From Mayamaea pseudoterrestris (lineage: Eukaryota): DNA of 64,000 nt. Positions 23,227-34,978 of this stretch are shown here, in pieces; position 1 is the stretch's first letter; the number at the start of each line of letters is the position of its first letter. The position numbers and the translations under genes are program-made. Where the stretch lies: contig BROI01000008.1 of the NCBI GenBank assembly GCA_027923505.1, positions 682,001 to 746,000 on the forward strand. The letters run 5' to 3'. The notes beneath the pieces were generated by a model that was not told the origin of the DNA, made no database searches, and saw only the letters and a list, made by a program, of their open reading frames with translations.

Positions 23227-24601
23227 TTAAAAATGGAGTGAATCGTCCGTCTCGTTACTGCCGTTGATAGGATTGCCGTCATTGCTCCTTTGAACGTTGG
23301 GAAAGTCGACAAAACTCATACCTGACCCACCTGCCGTTACATTCCATGCCTCTCCTTCTTCATCCACTTCCGGAATCATGGCCAAATCAATAAGCGACGA
23401 GTTCCGACTCAAGAAGCCGTAGGTAGGGCGTGATCCTGTACCCTCCAGCGACGTCAAGTCAGACTCGCTCGAGCTGCTGTCAAAAACTTCGTTCACGCAA
23501 TTTGCATAATTTCGCTCCAACTGCGAAAGTGGTTGGTCAGTAGTGGAGTCATCCGACAATGAGCTACTTGCCGCCGATGATGCACTTGGTTCCGTTTCAA
23601 TCATGTAGTTGCTGTCCGCAACAAAATTGCTACTCAATGACCATCCATGGCGTATCCCTCTTCCCGCAGCGCTACGCGCGAGCGCTTGTTGGTGATTCTC
23701 CGTGAGACTTACTGACGAAGGTGGCAAGGAAGGGTCAACGACGACCGTGTTGCCCCTCGTCAGCCTGCCGTTTGCCCGCGCAGCGTTAACCGCAGAGGAA
23801 GCCTTCCTTCTACCACCGATTGGCTTCTCAACTGGGTCTGGTCCCGAAACACTGCCCTTGCGCTGTGTAAGAAAGTCATACGTAGACAGGTGAGGACGAT
23901 GATGTTCTCCTTACCACAACGCATCCTTCAAACCGTTTAAACCTCCAGCCCGCTAGCTAACTTACCTTGATGTATATCAGGCTGCCAAGTTCTCCTTTAG
24001 CAGCTTCGTTCACGTATGAACAAGGTGCCATCTTTCCTTTTCCGGCAAGCTTGCGAAACCCAAAGTAGTTGAGCTGTCTCTGCAACGAGGCAAACTTAGA
24101 GTGTCGAAAGTACTTGTGCAGAACCTCCGTTTCCAGTCGATGCGGATTGTGCACCTCGATGCGGCCAGCTGTACAAGAAAGTGGTGGCAAAGTAAGTACC
24201 TATTCCGCCCAGCTTTCATATAAAAAATAACGAAAAGCAGCGGGTCAATGCGTACCATTATTCCACTCGATAACATCCGAATTTTCGTCCGCCAACATCT
24301 TGGTCAATTGGTACAAGAAGTCAGGTATTGAATGAGGCGAAGTATTGGCTATGTGCGTGTAACTTGGTCGCGTGAAGGTTGGCAGCTTGACCTCGTGTTT
24401 AAAGGGTCGTTGCTGCATCTGCTGCTCTCTCTTGTCAGACGCATCAGAACTCTTGCCGGTAAACGTTGGGAGTTCGTCGGCCGCTGGCAGACCCATGATG
24501 AAGCTGTCGAGGGACGACTCGGAGCTTACGGCGTTAAAAGATCCTCCTTGTTTGATGGTTGCTGATGATAGACTTTTCTCATGGTCGTTCTCTGTGTACA
24601 T
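23227..24601 (-). CDS. HSF: Heat shock transcription factor; exons 24601-24256, 24168-23966, 23862-23227
   Basis: [12 protein letters not shown]...[28 protein letters not shown], with GT-AG introns joining in frame. Confidence 0.88.
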
Positions 24602-25025
24602 AATATCGCTTCAGGAACTTCTCATGAACGCTATGGCGTACGTGAATCAATTTTTTCTTCTGTCTCGTCGGTCGACCTCCGCTTGCTTGGCAGGACTGAT
24701 GGCTTGGACTGACAGTGAGGGTCTGGTTAAATGGGAAGCCACAAAAGAGTGTAACAGCAGCGCTATGAACTACCTTGTTCACTACGCTTGCTCACAACAA
24801 TTAATTATATGGCAACTACTGCTCCACCACGCAAGTCAACAGTTGCTGTTCGTTTGTTCTGCATCGCGTACGAACGCTTGTCTGATGAGCTGTTCCTGTT
24901 TTATAATCCTGGGCCAAGGCAATAGGGCAAGTCATTCGAGTCTTCCTAGTGGCCGATTGTGGATCGACCGACTGCGTCGACTGAGGTGTCGGTCGTATTA
25001 AAAAGCACAGTGTGTGAAAGAGTAC

Positions 25026-25081
25026 AATGACTCATTCATTGATCGAACACGTCATTGACGAACGCATTCCAATGAGTCATT
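25026..25081. promoter_or_regulatory. Putative bZIP site cluster: inverted AP-1-type sites flanking CGTCA/TGACG half-sites
   Basis: AATGACTCATT (25026-25036) and its reverse complement AATGAGTCATT (25071-25081), with ACGTCATTGACG between them. Function is inferred only. Confidence 0.45.
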
Positions 25082-25408
25082 TCTAAACGTGATTATGTCT
25101 TAGTGGTAGTGTGGTGGCGCGGGCAGGCGCGGCGCGAGAAACGCAGAGCATGCACCTCGCGAACGAACTCGCTCGACGAGCTTCCTTTGCGATCCAACCA
25201 TTCCGTGATCAGCCATCCTGGGTAGTAGTGAATGCCCACTACTTCGTGAGGTCTTGCGCAACGGAGGCGGTGAAGAGATTGGCGAAAGGATATGCTCAGC
25301 TGTCAAACTGTTATTGGTACAAGAAGCAACACACTCCTCAAGTTGAATTGGATTTGCTTCCTTCTTTTCTACCTGTTGACGCCGGTCGTCGACTCGTTTC
25401 AGCTGGCA

Positions 25409-28400
25409 ATGGGTGAGTTTTCTTTTGATATCGGCAAACTGTCGGAATTGTGGAAATAGCTATAGTTAAGGAATTTGACTGACTAGAACGTTTTCCTTCT
25501 CTTTCGTGGCATATTCAATTTGCAGGCCTCCTAAAGGTTGGAAACCCCAAGAGTTGGGACGATTCCAAGAAGGATCTCAAGTATATAAGAAGGGCTGGAG
25601 TCAGACAGTTTATCAATACTTACAAGCGTGTCGAGCATTTGCAAGGTGATGAACTTCTCTGGGGTGATGAGATTGAATATGGAGTTTTTGTGCTGGATCA
25701 TGAGCAACGAAAGGTTCGCTTGTCCTTAAGAGCCAAGCAGGTACGTCGTAGAAAGAATGGGTTGGACATGATAAGTACATGAAGCATCTCTCTTATCTCA
25801 TGCGTGACTTCTTTGATTATCCGTTTAGATTATGGATGAATTAAACGACAAGGAGTCATCGTCATCGCAAATGATGGAAGGCTGCACCTTTGTTCCAGAG
25901 TACGGGGCTTGGATGGTCGAAGCAACGCCGAATCGACCGTACACGGGCTACTCGAGCGACCTGCTCCGCGTCGAACGCAATATGCGTCTTCGTCGCAAGC
26001 GCATATTAACCGTGTTGGGTGAAGACGAATGCGCACCAACTATTTCGGCTCCGTTTATGCTTGGTGCGCAGGGCAACGATGGCACAGTGCCGCCCACTGA
26101 CGTCGGAGGCCCTCGTACCTTGAGTGATTATGTTGGCGATGCCATTATCAATCCACATCCACGTTTCGGTACGCTCACGGCAAATATTCGTCAGCGACGA
26201 GGATCCAAGGTTAACATTCGAGTGCCGCTCTTTCGTGACGCTGATACACCAGAGTACTTTAATTATCCAGCCCAGCGAGGCGGAGTGGATGGGTGCTGCG
26301 GAAGTGATGCCCAGCAGTTGTGGCGGTACGGGAAAGGTGATGCCAGTTTGGAGGAGTATGGAAACGATAGTGTTGTTGTTGGTTGCTCAAAATCGCCCAA
26401 CGATGAAGCCTATGACGAGCAGGCTGTGGAGCAAGGGAGAGCTTTACAAAAGTGGCTTGTCGATGTCAAGTGCGACGGATGTCGAGGTTTGTTCTATAGA
26501 AGAGCACCCGGTGAGATTGTACCAGATGCGGATTGGCCACGCAATGGAGACATTGTGCTTGGATATGAACTCCAGGAACATCCTGGATGGGTTCGTTTGC
26601 AGAATGGTTACTATCTTCCGATGAAAAGTGACGATGGACTCATTCCATTTTTGCACAAGGTATCCTCGCGAGCTGAAGCATCGAATTCGGAGATGAAACG
26701 TATCGGATCCAGTACACCCTTGTTTCGCGCCCGTGACTTTGAGAAGGAGAGTTTATCAATGCTGTTAGAAGGCGACGTTTTAGTGAGCACTAGCGGTGCC
26801 ACGGCTGTGCTGACTGCTGCACCCGATATCGTACCAAACGGCAGCGATCCGCGAGTAGGTAATGATTCAGTCCGCGCCGCAATTCACATGGATGCCATGG
26901 CATTTGGAATGGGCTGTTGTTGCTTGCAGATTACTTTCCAGGCGAAGGATATGGACGAAAGTCGCTTTATGTACGACCAGCTCGCAGTCATGGCGCCCAT
27001 TATGATGGCATTGACTGCGTCGACTCCAATTTTAAAGGGACGGCTAGCCGACACAGATTGTCGATGGGGTATCATCAGCGAGTCGGTCGACTGTCGCACA
27101 CTTGCGGAGCGCGGCAGGGACGATCCTAATGCGCCATACCCGGAGTACAACACGAACGGAGTGCGACGCATTTACAAGAGTCGCTATGACAGTATCAGTA
27201 CATACATATACCAAGGAGCAACGACGACAGGAGATAAGCAGCCGAGTGGACTAGCGGATCGCGTCTTGAACATGTACAATGATATTCCAGTGGCTGTCGA
27301 GGAGGAAAGTTACATGCAACTGCGCGAGGCTGGTGTTGATCCTGCGCTGTCACAGCATGTTGCTCACCTGTTCATTCGCGATCCCGTCGTTGTCTTTGAC
27401 GGTGGGGTTGAGGAAGTGGACGATGAAACCCAAACGGATCACTTTGAGAGCATTCAAAGTACTAACTGGTAAGTGTTGACATGTCATGAACGCTTGTGCC
27501 GTGTCGATTTTGTCAACCGCGATTGACATGATTCATGACTTGCTTGCACAGGCAAACGGTCCGATGGAAGCCACCTCCACCACGCAACAGCCCGAATGAC
27601 CCTCACATTGGGTGGCGCACTGAATTTCGAAGTATGGAAATTCAGCTTACCGATTTCGAGAATGCAGCATTTGCGACATTCATTTTGCTCTTGACCCGAG
27701 TCATTTTGACGTTTGATTTGAACCTGTACATTCCTCTCAGTCGCGTCGACGCCAACATGCAGCGAGCGCACAGTCGCAACGCATCCGCCAAGGGCAAGTT
27801 TTTCTTTCGAAGGCACTTGGCTCCACTGGAAGAAGGTGATGATGGATATGGTGTGAAGTATCAGTCCATGTTTTCTAGAACTGTAAATGGCGACAGTGAT
27901 ACATACTTGTCCACCTTTTCAAACTCAACTAATGACGACGATGAATTTGATGGTCACGGGGTCAGTCGGCGTCGAAGACAAGCTCCGTACGCTCCTGGAA
28001 GTGCGGAGGAGAACTCATACGAGGAGATGTCCATGGCTGACATCATGTGCGGTAAGGGTGGTTACTACCCTGGTTTAATTCCACTTGTGCATGTATATTT
28101 GGATCACATCAACTGCGACTCAATTACGAGGCAGCGGCTGAACCAGTATTTAGATTTTATTGAAGATCGGGCTATGGGCGACTTGATCACGCCAGCCTCG
28201 TGGATGCGAAACTTTGTACGAAGCCATCCATCGTACAAAAACGACTCTATTGTCACGGACGAGATTGGATATGACCTAATGAAGGCTTGCAGAGATATTG
28301 GTGAAGGTAAGCTGCATGTTCCAGAGCTTCTCGGTAAAGTGAGAATTGATCCGATAACAACTGAAGGTGCCTATGAAGTCAAGCTGGAGTCATCAAGGGC

Positions 28401-28470
28401 GCAAAACGATCGGGTATTGCACCTTCTTAAACGCTACACGAGCCGAAGGTCGTTTGGTAACCTCACTTAA
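25409..28470 (+). CDS. GCLC: Glutamate-cysteine ligase catalytic subunit (animal/fungal type); exons 25409-25412, 25526-25740, 25829-27468, 27552-28470
   Basis: MGLLKVG, LLWGDEIEY, PEYGAWMVEATP, IHMDAMAFGMGCCCLQITF, KSRYDS, FESIQSTNWQT and GWRTEFRSME. Confidence 0.95.
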
Positions 28471-28520
28471 ATCAAACTAAGTTTTCTTGGATATTTATTG
28501 CGTTTGTGGCCATAAATGAC

Positions 28521-29789
28521 CTATTTCCTGGATTTGATAGTGGTAGGAAGCACCGATTTGCGCCGCTTCTTAGACTCTGGTGCCGAGTACATGACCGTTG
28601 CAGTCACAACTAGCGAGGCTCCGACGAGAAAGGAGAGCGAGGGATGAAAGTCAAAAAGAAAGGCCGATAGAATGCAGCTGGCGACAATGCTAAACGAAGT
28701 GGCAAAGACTTTTAGCACATTGTCAGCGTATCGAACGACGACTGCAACAATTAACCCTCCGACAGCTTGCACAATGACAACCGTCCAAACAATGGTCGAG
28801 TATCCGCCCAGAAACCCAATCTGTGAAATCTCTTTCGAGTCCTTGAAGAAAACAGTCAAGTACGCAATGATAGTCGACGGCAATCCCATCTGAACGTTTC
28901 GCATCCACAGACTGGTCGTAGATCCCTTAAGAATTTTTTCAAAGTAGACGCCACTGAACCCAGATGTACACGCGGCGCACAAGACGGCAACTAAACCAAT
29001 CGTTCGATTTTTGCTGGCATCTTCCGAGCTTTGGGAGTGGTGATCGCCGCTGCCGGAGACTTGCACGACGGCCACGCCAAGTGTGAGAATGACGAGCGAC
29101 AACCACTTCTGCGGACTAAATTTGCGGCCAAGCAGTATCGCACTAAAAAGCGCCGTGGTCAAAATCTTGAGTTGGTACACAACTTGATAAGTACTTGCGT
29201 CTAGATTCGTGAGAGCAAGATAGAGTAGATTGTTCTGTATCGTATAGAGAAAGGATGGAACACAAAGCTTGACAATTTCCATGGGACTTTGAAGAATGTG
29301 CACCTTGAGCTCATAGAAAAGCGATCCTTGCGATTGAATAGCGATGACCAAGAGACATATAACTAGTTTCATGACTTCCATGATAAAGACGGCAGTGGAA
29401 GCAACGTAGAGTGGTTGATCAGGATCCTTGTGCGTGCGCGAAAATCGCATGAGCAAAACAAGACCAACCATTTGCGCAACAAGTAGAAAGAGCGCGGCAT
29501 ACTTAATGAATGCGTTCGATTTGTGCTCATCATCGTGAAACTGAGGCTTGCGTTTCTTTTTGAGCGTAGTAGGAGTAGAGCTGGAGGATTTCTTTGATCC
29601 TCGAAGCTTGGTGGATTGTTCATTATCAGCGCCCGTAGGAAGGAGGAGCGCTTCAACCTCGTCGCTGCGATTATCCATGCGATCCGTCATCTCCATGTCG
29701 TCCATGACTTCTGATTCCTTTTCTACTGGAGCCATCTTGCTGTCGTTTGGCCAGTTTACATTGGCACATGCAGGCGTCCTTGGCGGCAT
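28521..29789 (-). CDS. Nucleotide-sugar transporter, SLC35A family (UDP-Gal/CMP-Sia/UDP-GlcNAc type)
   Basis: VPSFLYTIQNNL, TYQVVYQLKILTTALF, SGFSGVYFEKILK and VVRYADNVLK. The start is uncertain, as the ORF is open to 29921. Confidence 0.9.
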   Translation of the reverse strand: MPPRTPACANVNWPNDSKMAPVEKESEVMDDMEMTDRMDNRSDEVEALLLPTGADNEQSTKLRGSKKSSSSTPTTLKKKRKPQFHDDEHKSNAFIKYAALFLLVAQMVGLVLLMRFSRTHKDPDQPLYVASTAVFIMEVMKLVICLLVIAIQSQGSLFYELKVHILQSPMEIVKLCVPSFLYTIQNNLLYLALTNLDASTYQVVYQLKILTTALFSAILLGRKFSPQKWLSLVILTLGVAVVQVSGSGDHHSQSSEDASKNRTIGLVAVLCAACTSGFSGVYFEKILKGSTTSLWMRNVQMGLPSTIIAYLTVFFKDSKEISQIGFLGGYSTIVWTVVIVQAVGGLIVAVVVRYADNVLKVFATSFSIVASCILSAFLFDFHPSLSFLVGASLVVTATVMYSAPESKKRRKSVLPTTIKSRK

Positions 29790-29919
29790 TTTGTACTCAT
29801 GGTCCTCGCTCTCGCCCAAGCAAAACGTTGTCGCACCGATTATAATTGAGTACCGGTACGACGAAAATAGTGCGACGGAACAAACCATGGCCATCAACAG
29901 CCAAAAATCATTCATCACC

Positions 29920-31575
29920 ATGGCGTCTCCTCCGACCTATTCACCGATTTTAATTGAGCTAGGACTCGCCACCACGACTCATAACGACCTTTACAAACGA
30001 CTAAATGCGGTAGACATCCTGCAACGACTTTTAGAAACGAACATTCTGACAGAGGATGTCCTTCGATCGGCGCATGATGCTTTGGCCAATTCTCTTCAGC
30101 AGGCACAGCAATTCACGACGAAACAGAAAGAAGAGAAGAGGTCTGAGACTACCCGTAAGAAGGAGTTGAAGATAGATTTGAGCAACTTACGGACAAGGCA
30201 TGTTGCCTTGCGTATTTACTACGATGGCGGAGCCTACTCTGGTCTTGCAGAAAACGTTGGTCAAGCGTCGGACCAATCGGTGGAAAGGGCTTTGTTTCAA
30301 GCACTCCAAAAGGCTCAATTCATTGAATCGCGTGAAACTTGCGGATACTCTAGGTGCGGAAGGACTGATCGGGGAGTGAGCGCGGCTGGACAAGTGGTAG
30401 CGCTTCGAGTCAAGTCCGCTTTTGGAATGGATGCCTCGTTCGACTCAAACGGTGAGAATCTTATCCAAGACGCGGATCTACCAAGCAACGCGCACGATAT
30501 GATCCAAGTTCATGTGCCGGCTCGGAAAAAGAATAGCAATGAACATGCTGACGGTCAACCTACGGTTCGAACGCAGCGATTGCTATCAGAGTATCCATAC
30601 GACCGAGTGCTTAACAATTTGCTACCCAAGGATGTCCGTGTCGTAGGTTGGTGCCCAGTATCTGATGAATTTTCGGCTCGCTTCTCTGCCGCAACGCGAA
30701 CATATCGGTATTTCTTCTACAAGCGGCACATGAATTTGGGGTTAATGGATCAAGCCTTGCAGTTGCTCGTTGGAAATCACGACTTTCGCAACTTCTGCAA
30801 AATGGACGTGGAGAAGGTTTACAACTTTGAACGTGTCATTTATAGCGCGAGCATTGTAGAGCAGGAGACTGGAGTATGCTACATGATGATTCATGGCCAA
30901 GCCTTCTTGTGGCACCAAATTCGTTGCATTGCCGAGATTCTATTCTTGGTGGGACGAGAGAAGGAGTCGCCCAGCATCGTATTGGACTTGTTAAACATCA
31001 ACAAGCATCCCAGAAAACCAAGCTATCCGTTGGCTGATGAGCGGCCCCTGGTACTTCATGATTGTGGCTACAAGAAGCTACAAATACAGTACTCTGTACA
31101 AAACTTGTGGGCAGTCACGTGCCTGCAGGAAAAGCAGTGGGAGGACTTGATGTTGACGGCCGCAAGAATTCGCAATAGTCTCAATAGCTTGAAAGATAAT
31201 GCAAGTGTTTTAGGCGGCGATTTAGAGGCTTTTGCCGGCCGCGTCGCTGATGCCCGTAAGAAGCGCAAGTCGATTACGCCGACTAACGGACAAGTATTTC
31301 CCTTCAAAGGAACTCAGCATGTCGCGTGGAGCGATGCGCTCCAGTGGATTCATGATAGTCTCGGTATATGGCCTGGGCCAAACAATGAAAAAGAGTTGGC
31401 ATATGCACCACTTATGAGTCGATCCAAGGGAACGACCTACGAAGAAAAGGTGGAGGCTGCTATGAAATCCGCTAGACGAAACGAGCGTTATGTAATGAAT
31501 GTTGTCAAAAAGCGTAAGTCGAAAGAAGAAGACATTGCATTCTACAAACATATGGCTAATCAAGGAAATTTTTAA
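29920..31575 (+). CDS. PUS3: tRNA pseudouridine(38/39) synthase, TruA family
   Basis: RHVALRIYYDG, YSRCGRTDRGVSAAGQV, FSARFSAATRTYRYFF, HDFRNFCK and AFLWHQIRC. The start may instead be 29887. Confidence 0.9.
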   Translation: MASPPTYSPILIELGLATTTHNDLYKRLNAVDILQRLLETNILTEDVLRSAHDALANSLQQAQQFTTKQKEEKRSETTRKKELKIDLSNLRTRHVALRIYYDGGAYSGLAENVGQASDQSVERALFQALQKAQFIESRETCGYSRCGRTDRGVSAAGQVVALRVKSAFGMDASFDSNGENLIQDADLPSNAHDMIQVHVPARKKNSNEHADGQPTVRTQRLLSEYPYDRVLNNLLPKDVRVVGWCPVSDEFSARFSAATRTYRYFFYKRHMNLGLMDQALQLLVGNHDFRNFCKMDVEKVYNFERVIYSASIVEQETGVCYMMIHGQAFLWHQIRCIAEILFLVGREKESPSIVLDLLNINKHPRKPSYPLADERPLVLHDCGYKKLQIQYSVQNLWAVTCLQEKQWEDLMLTAARIRNSLNSLKDNASVLGGDLEAFAGRVADARKKRKSITPTNGQVFPFKGTQHVAWSDALQWIHDSLGIWPGPNNEKELAYAPLMSRSKGTTYEEKVEAAMKSARRNERYVMNVVKKRKSKEEDIAFYKHMANQGNF

Positions 31576-31621
31576 CCGTGTGAACTACCTTGCAATTACA
31601 ACTAATACTCTAAACTCGTAA

Positions 31622-33296
31622 TCACTGGGATGGTCGATAATCCGCTGGCATTTCACCGCAGTCCGAAATAACGACATCCACCTCCGGCTTGTCCGAGGCT
31701 CCGACCTTCGTATTCTCAATTTTGCGGATCACATCCATGCCTTCCACCACATGGCCAAACACGACATGCTTGTTATCCAGATGCTGCAGATGAAAAAGAA
31801 TAACGAAATTGATGTCAGATCTGACATCACAGTGTTTGTAAGCAAATTCGCGTGGCATAAACTTACCGGCGTAGCCTTGGCAGTCACAAAAAACTGACTA
31901 CCATTTGTTCCTTTGCCAGCGTTGGCCATTGATAGCTGGCCTTCCTTCGTGTGTTTGATCTTGAAGTTCTCGTCTTCGAATTTCTCGCCTGTATTGCATT
32001 GTGAGATTTTAAAAAGGACGATAAGAAACGCGACACGTAAATTTGTGAAGGTAGCAGAAAACCCCATTTTCACTCACCATAAATACTAGCGCCGCCAGTG
32101 CCGTCTCCATTTGTAAAGTCTCCGCCTTGAATCATGAAGTCCTTAATCACACGATGAAAGATGCTGCCTTTGTAGTGCAATGGCTTGCCAGATTGACCAA
32201 TACCCTTCTCCCCAGTGCACAACGCTCTAAAATTTTCTGCCGTCTTGGGCACAATATCCTTGTATAGCTGCATGACCACACGTCCAAGGTTCTCGTCGCC
32301 CTGCTTGATATCAAAATAGACATGGGGATTGTCGCCCTTGGCATTAGGCAGGAAGAGACCTTCCTTGTCGTCGTACATGCTAACTTTGCCAAAAATGCCA
32401 CCAAATGCTTGCTTCTCCTTCTGCTTGGCCAGCGCGTGTGCGTCCTTCAGCTGTTTCATTGCCTTGAGCACATCCTTGTTGCCATTGTCAAGGTTGTAAG
32501 CTGCCATTAGATCTTCCTTTGCCTCCTTGAGCAATCCAAGGTGCAACTTGGCCAGACCCCGTCTGTACAAGGCCTTAATGTTCGAGGTCCTTTCCGACGC
32601 AAGTCCAAGAACCTTGTCGCAGGCTCGTTTCGCTGCCGCCCAATCCTTCGTCTTGATGTAGCACATGGCAGCGTTGGACCAGCAACTCACGTAAAACTGT
32701 CGCTCCTCGTCCGGAATTTCGTCTCCAGAAACATCATCATCATCGACAATGTAGTCGGCCGCATTCTCGTACTTCTGCGACGCTTCCGCATAACTTTGGC
32801 TTTGAAAAAGTTCCGTTCCTTCCGTCTTGAGTTTCTTGGCGACGTCGCTTCGCTCATCCAAAGTCATTTCCCACTTCTCCTTTTGTTTTTCATAGAAATC
32901 CAACAGTTCCACTTCGAAATGAAGGACCGCATGGGGAGGAATTTTTGGAGGGCTACCAGATGGGCCGTAGCCATAATCTGGTTGGATCTCGAGGATCGCT
33001 CTCTCGCCCACCTTCATCGAAGCGAACCCTTCATCCCATCCCCGAATGACTTGGCCATGACCAATGGAGAACTCAAAGGGTTTGCCGCGATCCAAACTTG
33101 AATCAAACTTGCTTCCATCGCTGGCCAACGTTCCAGTGTAGTGAGCCTTGATTTGAACTCCGTCAGGTGGCGGACCCTTGGCGTCGGAAGGTGCTTCTTT
33201 GATAATCTTCTTGCGAACGCCGCCATCTTGCGCAATGGAAACGTCAACCCACTCAGTGTCGGGCATGGTTTCAGTGGTGGAAGGTTCGTCAGTCAT
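31622..33296 (-). CDS. FCBP: Dual immunophilin FKBP-TPR-cyclophilin; introns 31989-32077 and 31784-31866
   Basis: FKBP motifs ([22 protein letters not shown]), TPRs (KALYRRG) and cyclophilin motifs ([45 protein letters not shown]). Confidence 0.93.
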
Positions 33297-33531
33297 AATG
33301 CGCGCAAGTGAATAGGAGTAGTAGCTTTTGTGAAATTGTGAGATGATGTTGTGTCGTCCATCATGGTTGGGATGATCGAGGTTCCACGTGTCGTCTGTTT
33401 TGCTCGAAACGGTTCATGGTGCGACATTAATCTCATCTCACAACCATGCATCACTTCGTTCGTCTCGACATGCATCACTTCATCGTCTCGCCTCGATTAT
33501 TTGAAAGCAACCAAGTATTTTCGTCGGAATC

Positions 33532-34483
33532 ATGAGATATCTTCCACTCTACAATTTATGCTATTTGCTATTTATCCTGGGCTGTCATATCGAGACAAAC
33601 CATGCGTTTGTCATTCAGCAACCAACGACCACTTCAATCTCAATCATTTCGAAGCCACAATGTCGTCTACATGCATCTGGTCCATTGTACGCCGGTGGTT
33701 TTGAATGGAACGATCCAACTGAAGCCTTCGACCAAGGTGTGGAAAATCCTTACAAAAATCCTGCGCTAATGCAGGGAGAGGAAGGCATCAAAATCGATCC
33801 AGCAAGATTGCTTTCGCCACGATTGGCGGGCGTCAATTTGTACTTTGTCGGAATGATGGGCAGTGGGAAGAGTCGAATCGGAGACAAGGTTGCAAGACGT
33901 GAGTGAACTGACAGGTATGCATGAGGTATTGTAAGTTGTTTTTGCCTTAACCGATGTTCCATTCGTCAACGCAGGGATGGGGACATACAATTTTCTAGAT
34001 ACTGATCAAATCATTGAAAAGGCATCCGGCATGACGATACCCCAAATATTCGCAGCGGAAGGTGAGGAGGGATTTCGAAAATTAGAGTCACAAGTCTTGG
34101 ACTCGGTGCACCCTTACGTGCGATGCGTGATTTCGACCGGCGGTGGAATCGTTTGCCAGCGAGAGAACTGGAGCAAACTTCACACTGGCTTGACAGTTTG
34201 GCTAGATGTCTTACCCGAGATCATCATTAAGCGTATTGAAAACTCTGATAGACCACTTCTGCAAATTGACAATCCACTGGAGACATTACGACGACTATTA
34301 GATGAGCGACAGGAATCATACGGCCAAGCGGATGTGCGAGTCAGTATCTTGGAGGATTTGGATGAGGACGAAGTGACAGACTTGGTGATTCGGCACCTTC
34401 ATGACTTTATTGACGAGAATCCTCCGGCCTGGAAAGTTGCCAAGGCCAAGGCTCAGGCAGAAGGTCTCGACTGGGTAAAGTAG
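33532..34483 (+). CDS. aroK: Shikimate kinase, probably plastid-targeted; intron 33899-33974
   Basis: P-loop GMMGSGKS, IFAAEGEEGFR, VISTGGG and RPLL. Signal peptide ends HA-FV. Confidence 0.92.
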
Positions 34484-34525
34484 TTGGTGCAAAGACTCTA
34501 ATAGGAATTTAACAGCTCTACGCCT

Positions 34526-34978
34526 CTACCCAGCAGTCCACGTCATGAGAGGCTTTGAGTTAGGGCCTACCAATGGTGTATCTTTGGAAGGTTTCTTCTT
34601 CTTTGGCGGATAAGCGCCTTGCTTTTTTAATCTTAGCTCGGCAGCTGCCGCTCGTTCTGCACGTTGTTGCTCTTGTTCCTCCATTGTCAGATTCAGATCG
34701 CCCTTGTGTATTGGCGCAGGTTCTAGTGATGCGGACACTTCGTTCTTCCTTGCATTTGAAACATCGGCATCGTGGTATCGCTCGCTTTTCGCTCCTAGAC
34801 GTTGACCCTGATGGAGAATCGAAAGTGCACAACGCATGCATGAGAAGATTTCGTTGTTGCCAAGACGAACCAAGCGTCAATTTGACCACCACCTACTTTG
34901 AAGCACTATACGTACCTCCCCCTTGAAGGCATTCTGGTCGACGGCAAGAGAATCGTCACAACCGCAACAGTTCCCCAT
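34526..34978 (-). CDS. Small acylated protein, SVIP-like; exons 34978-34916, 34807-34526
   Basis: The spliced protein starts MGNCCGC (myristoyl/palmitoyl motif), contains RAERAAAAELR (VIM-like) and ends LMTWTAG. Confidence 0.6.

Noticed and set aside
24372..25001. 209-aa plus-strand ORF in the HSF/GCL interval
   Set aside because: It has a non-ATG start, overlaps HSF exon 1 antisense, and shows no recognisable motifs.
29548..29921. Apparent ~370-bp antisense overlap of the transporter and PUS3 ORFs
   Set aside because: The extensions depend on the most upstream possible start codons. ATGs at 29789 (-) and 29920 (+) give a non-overlapping divergent pair.
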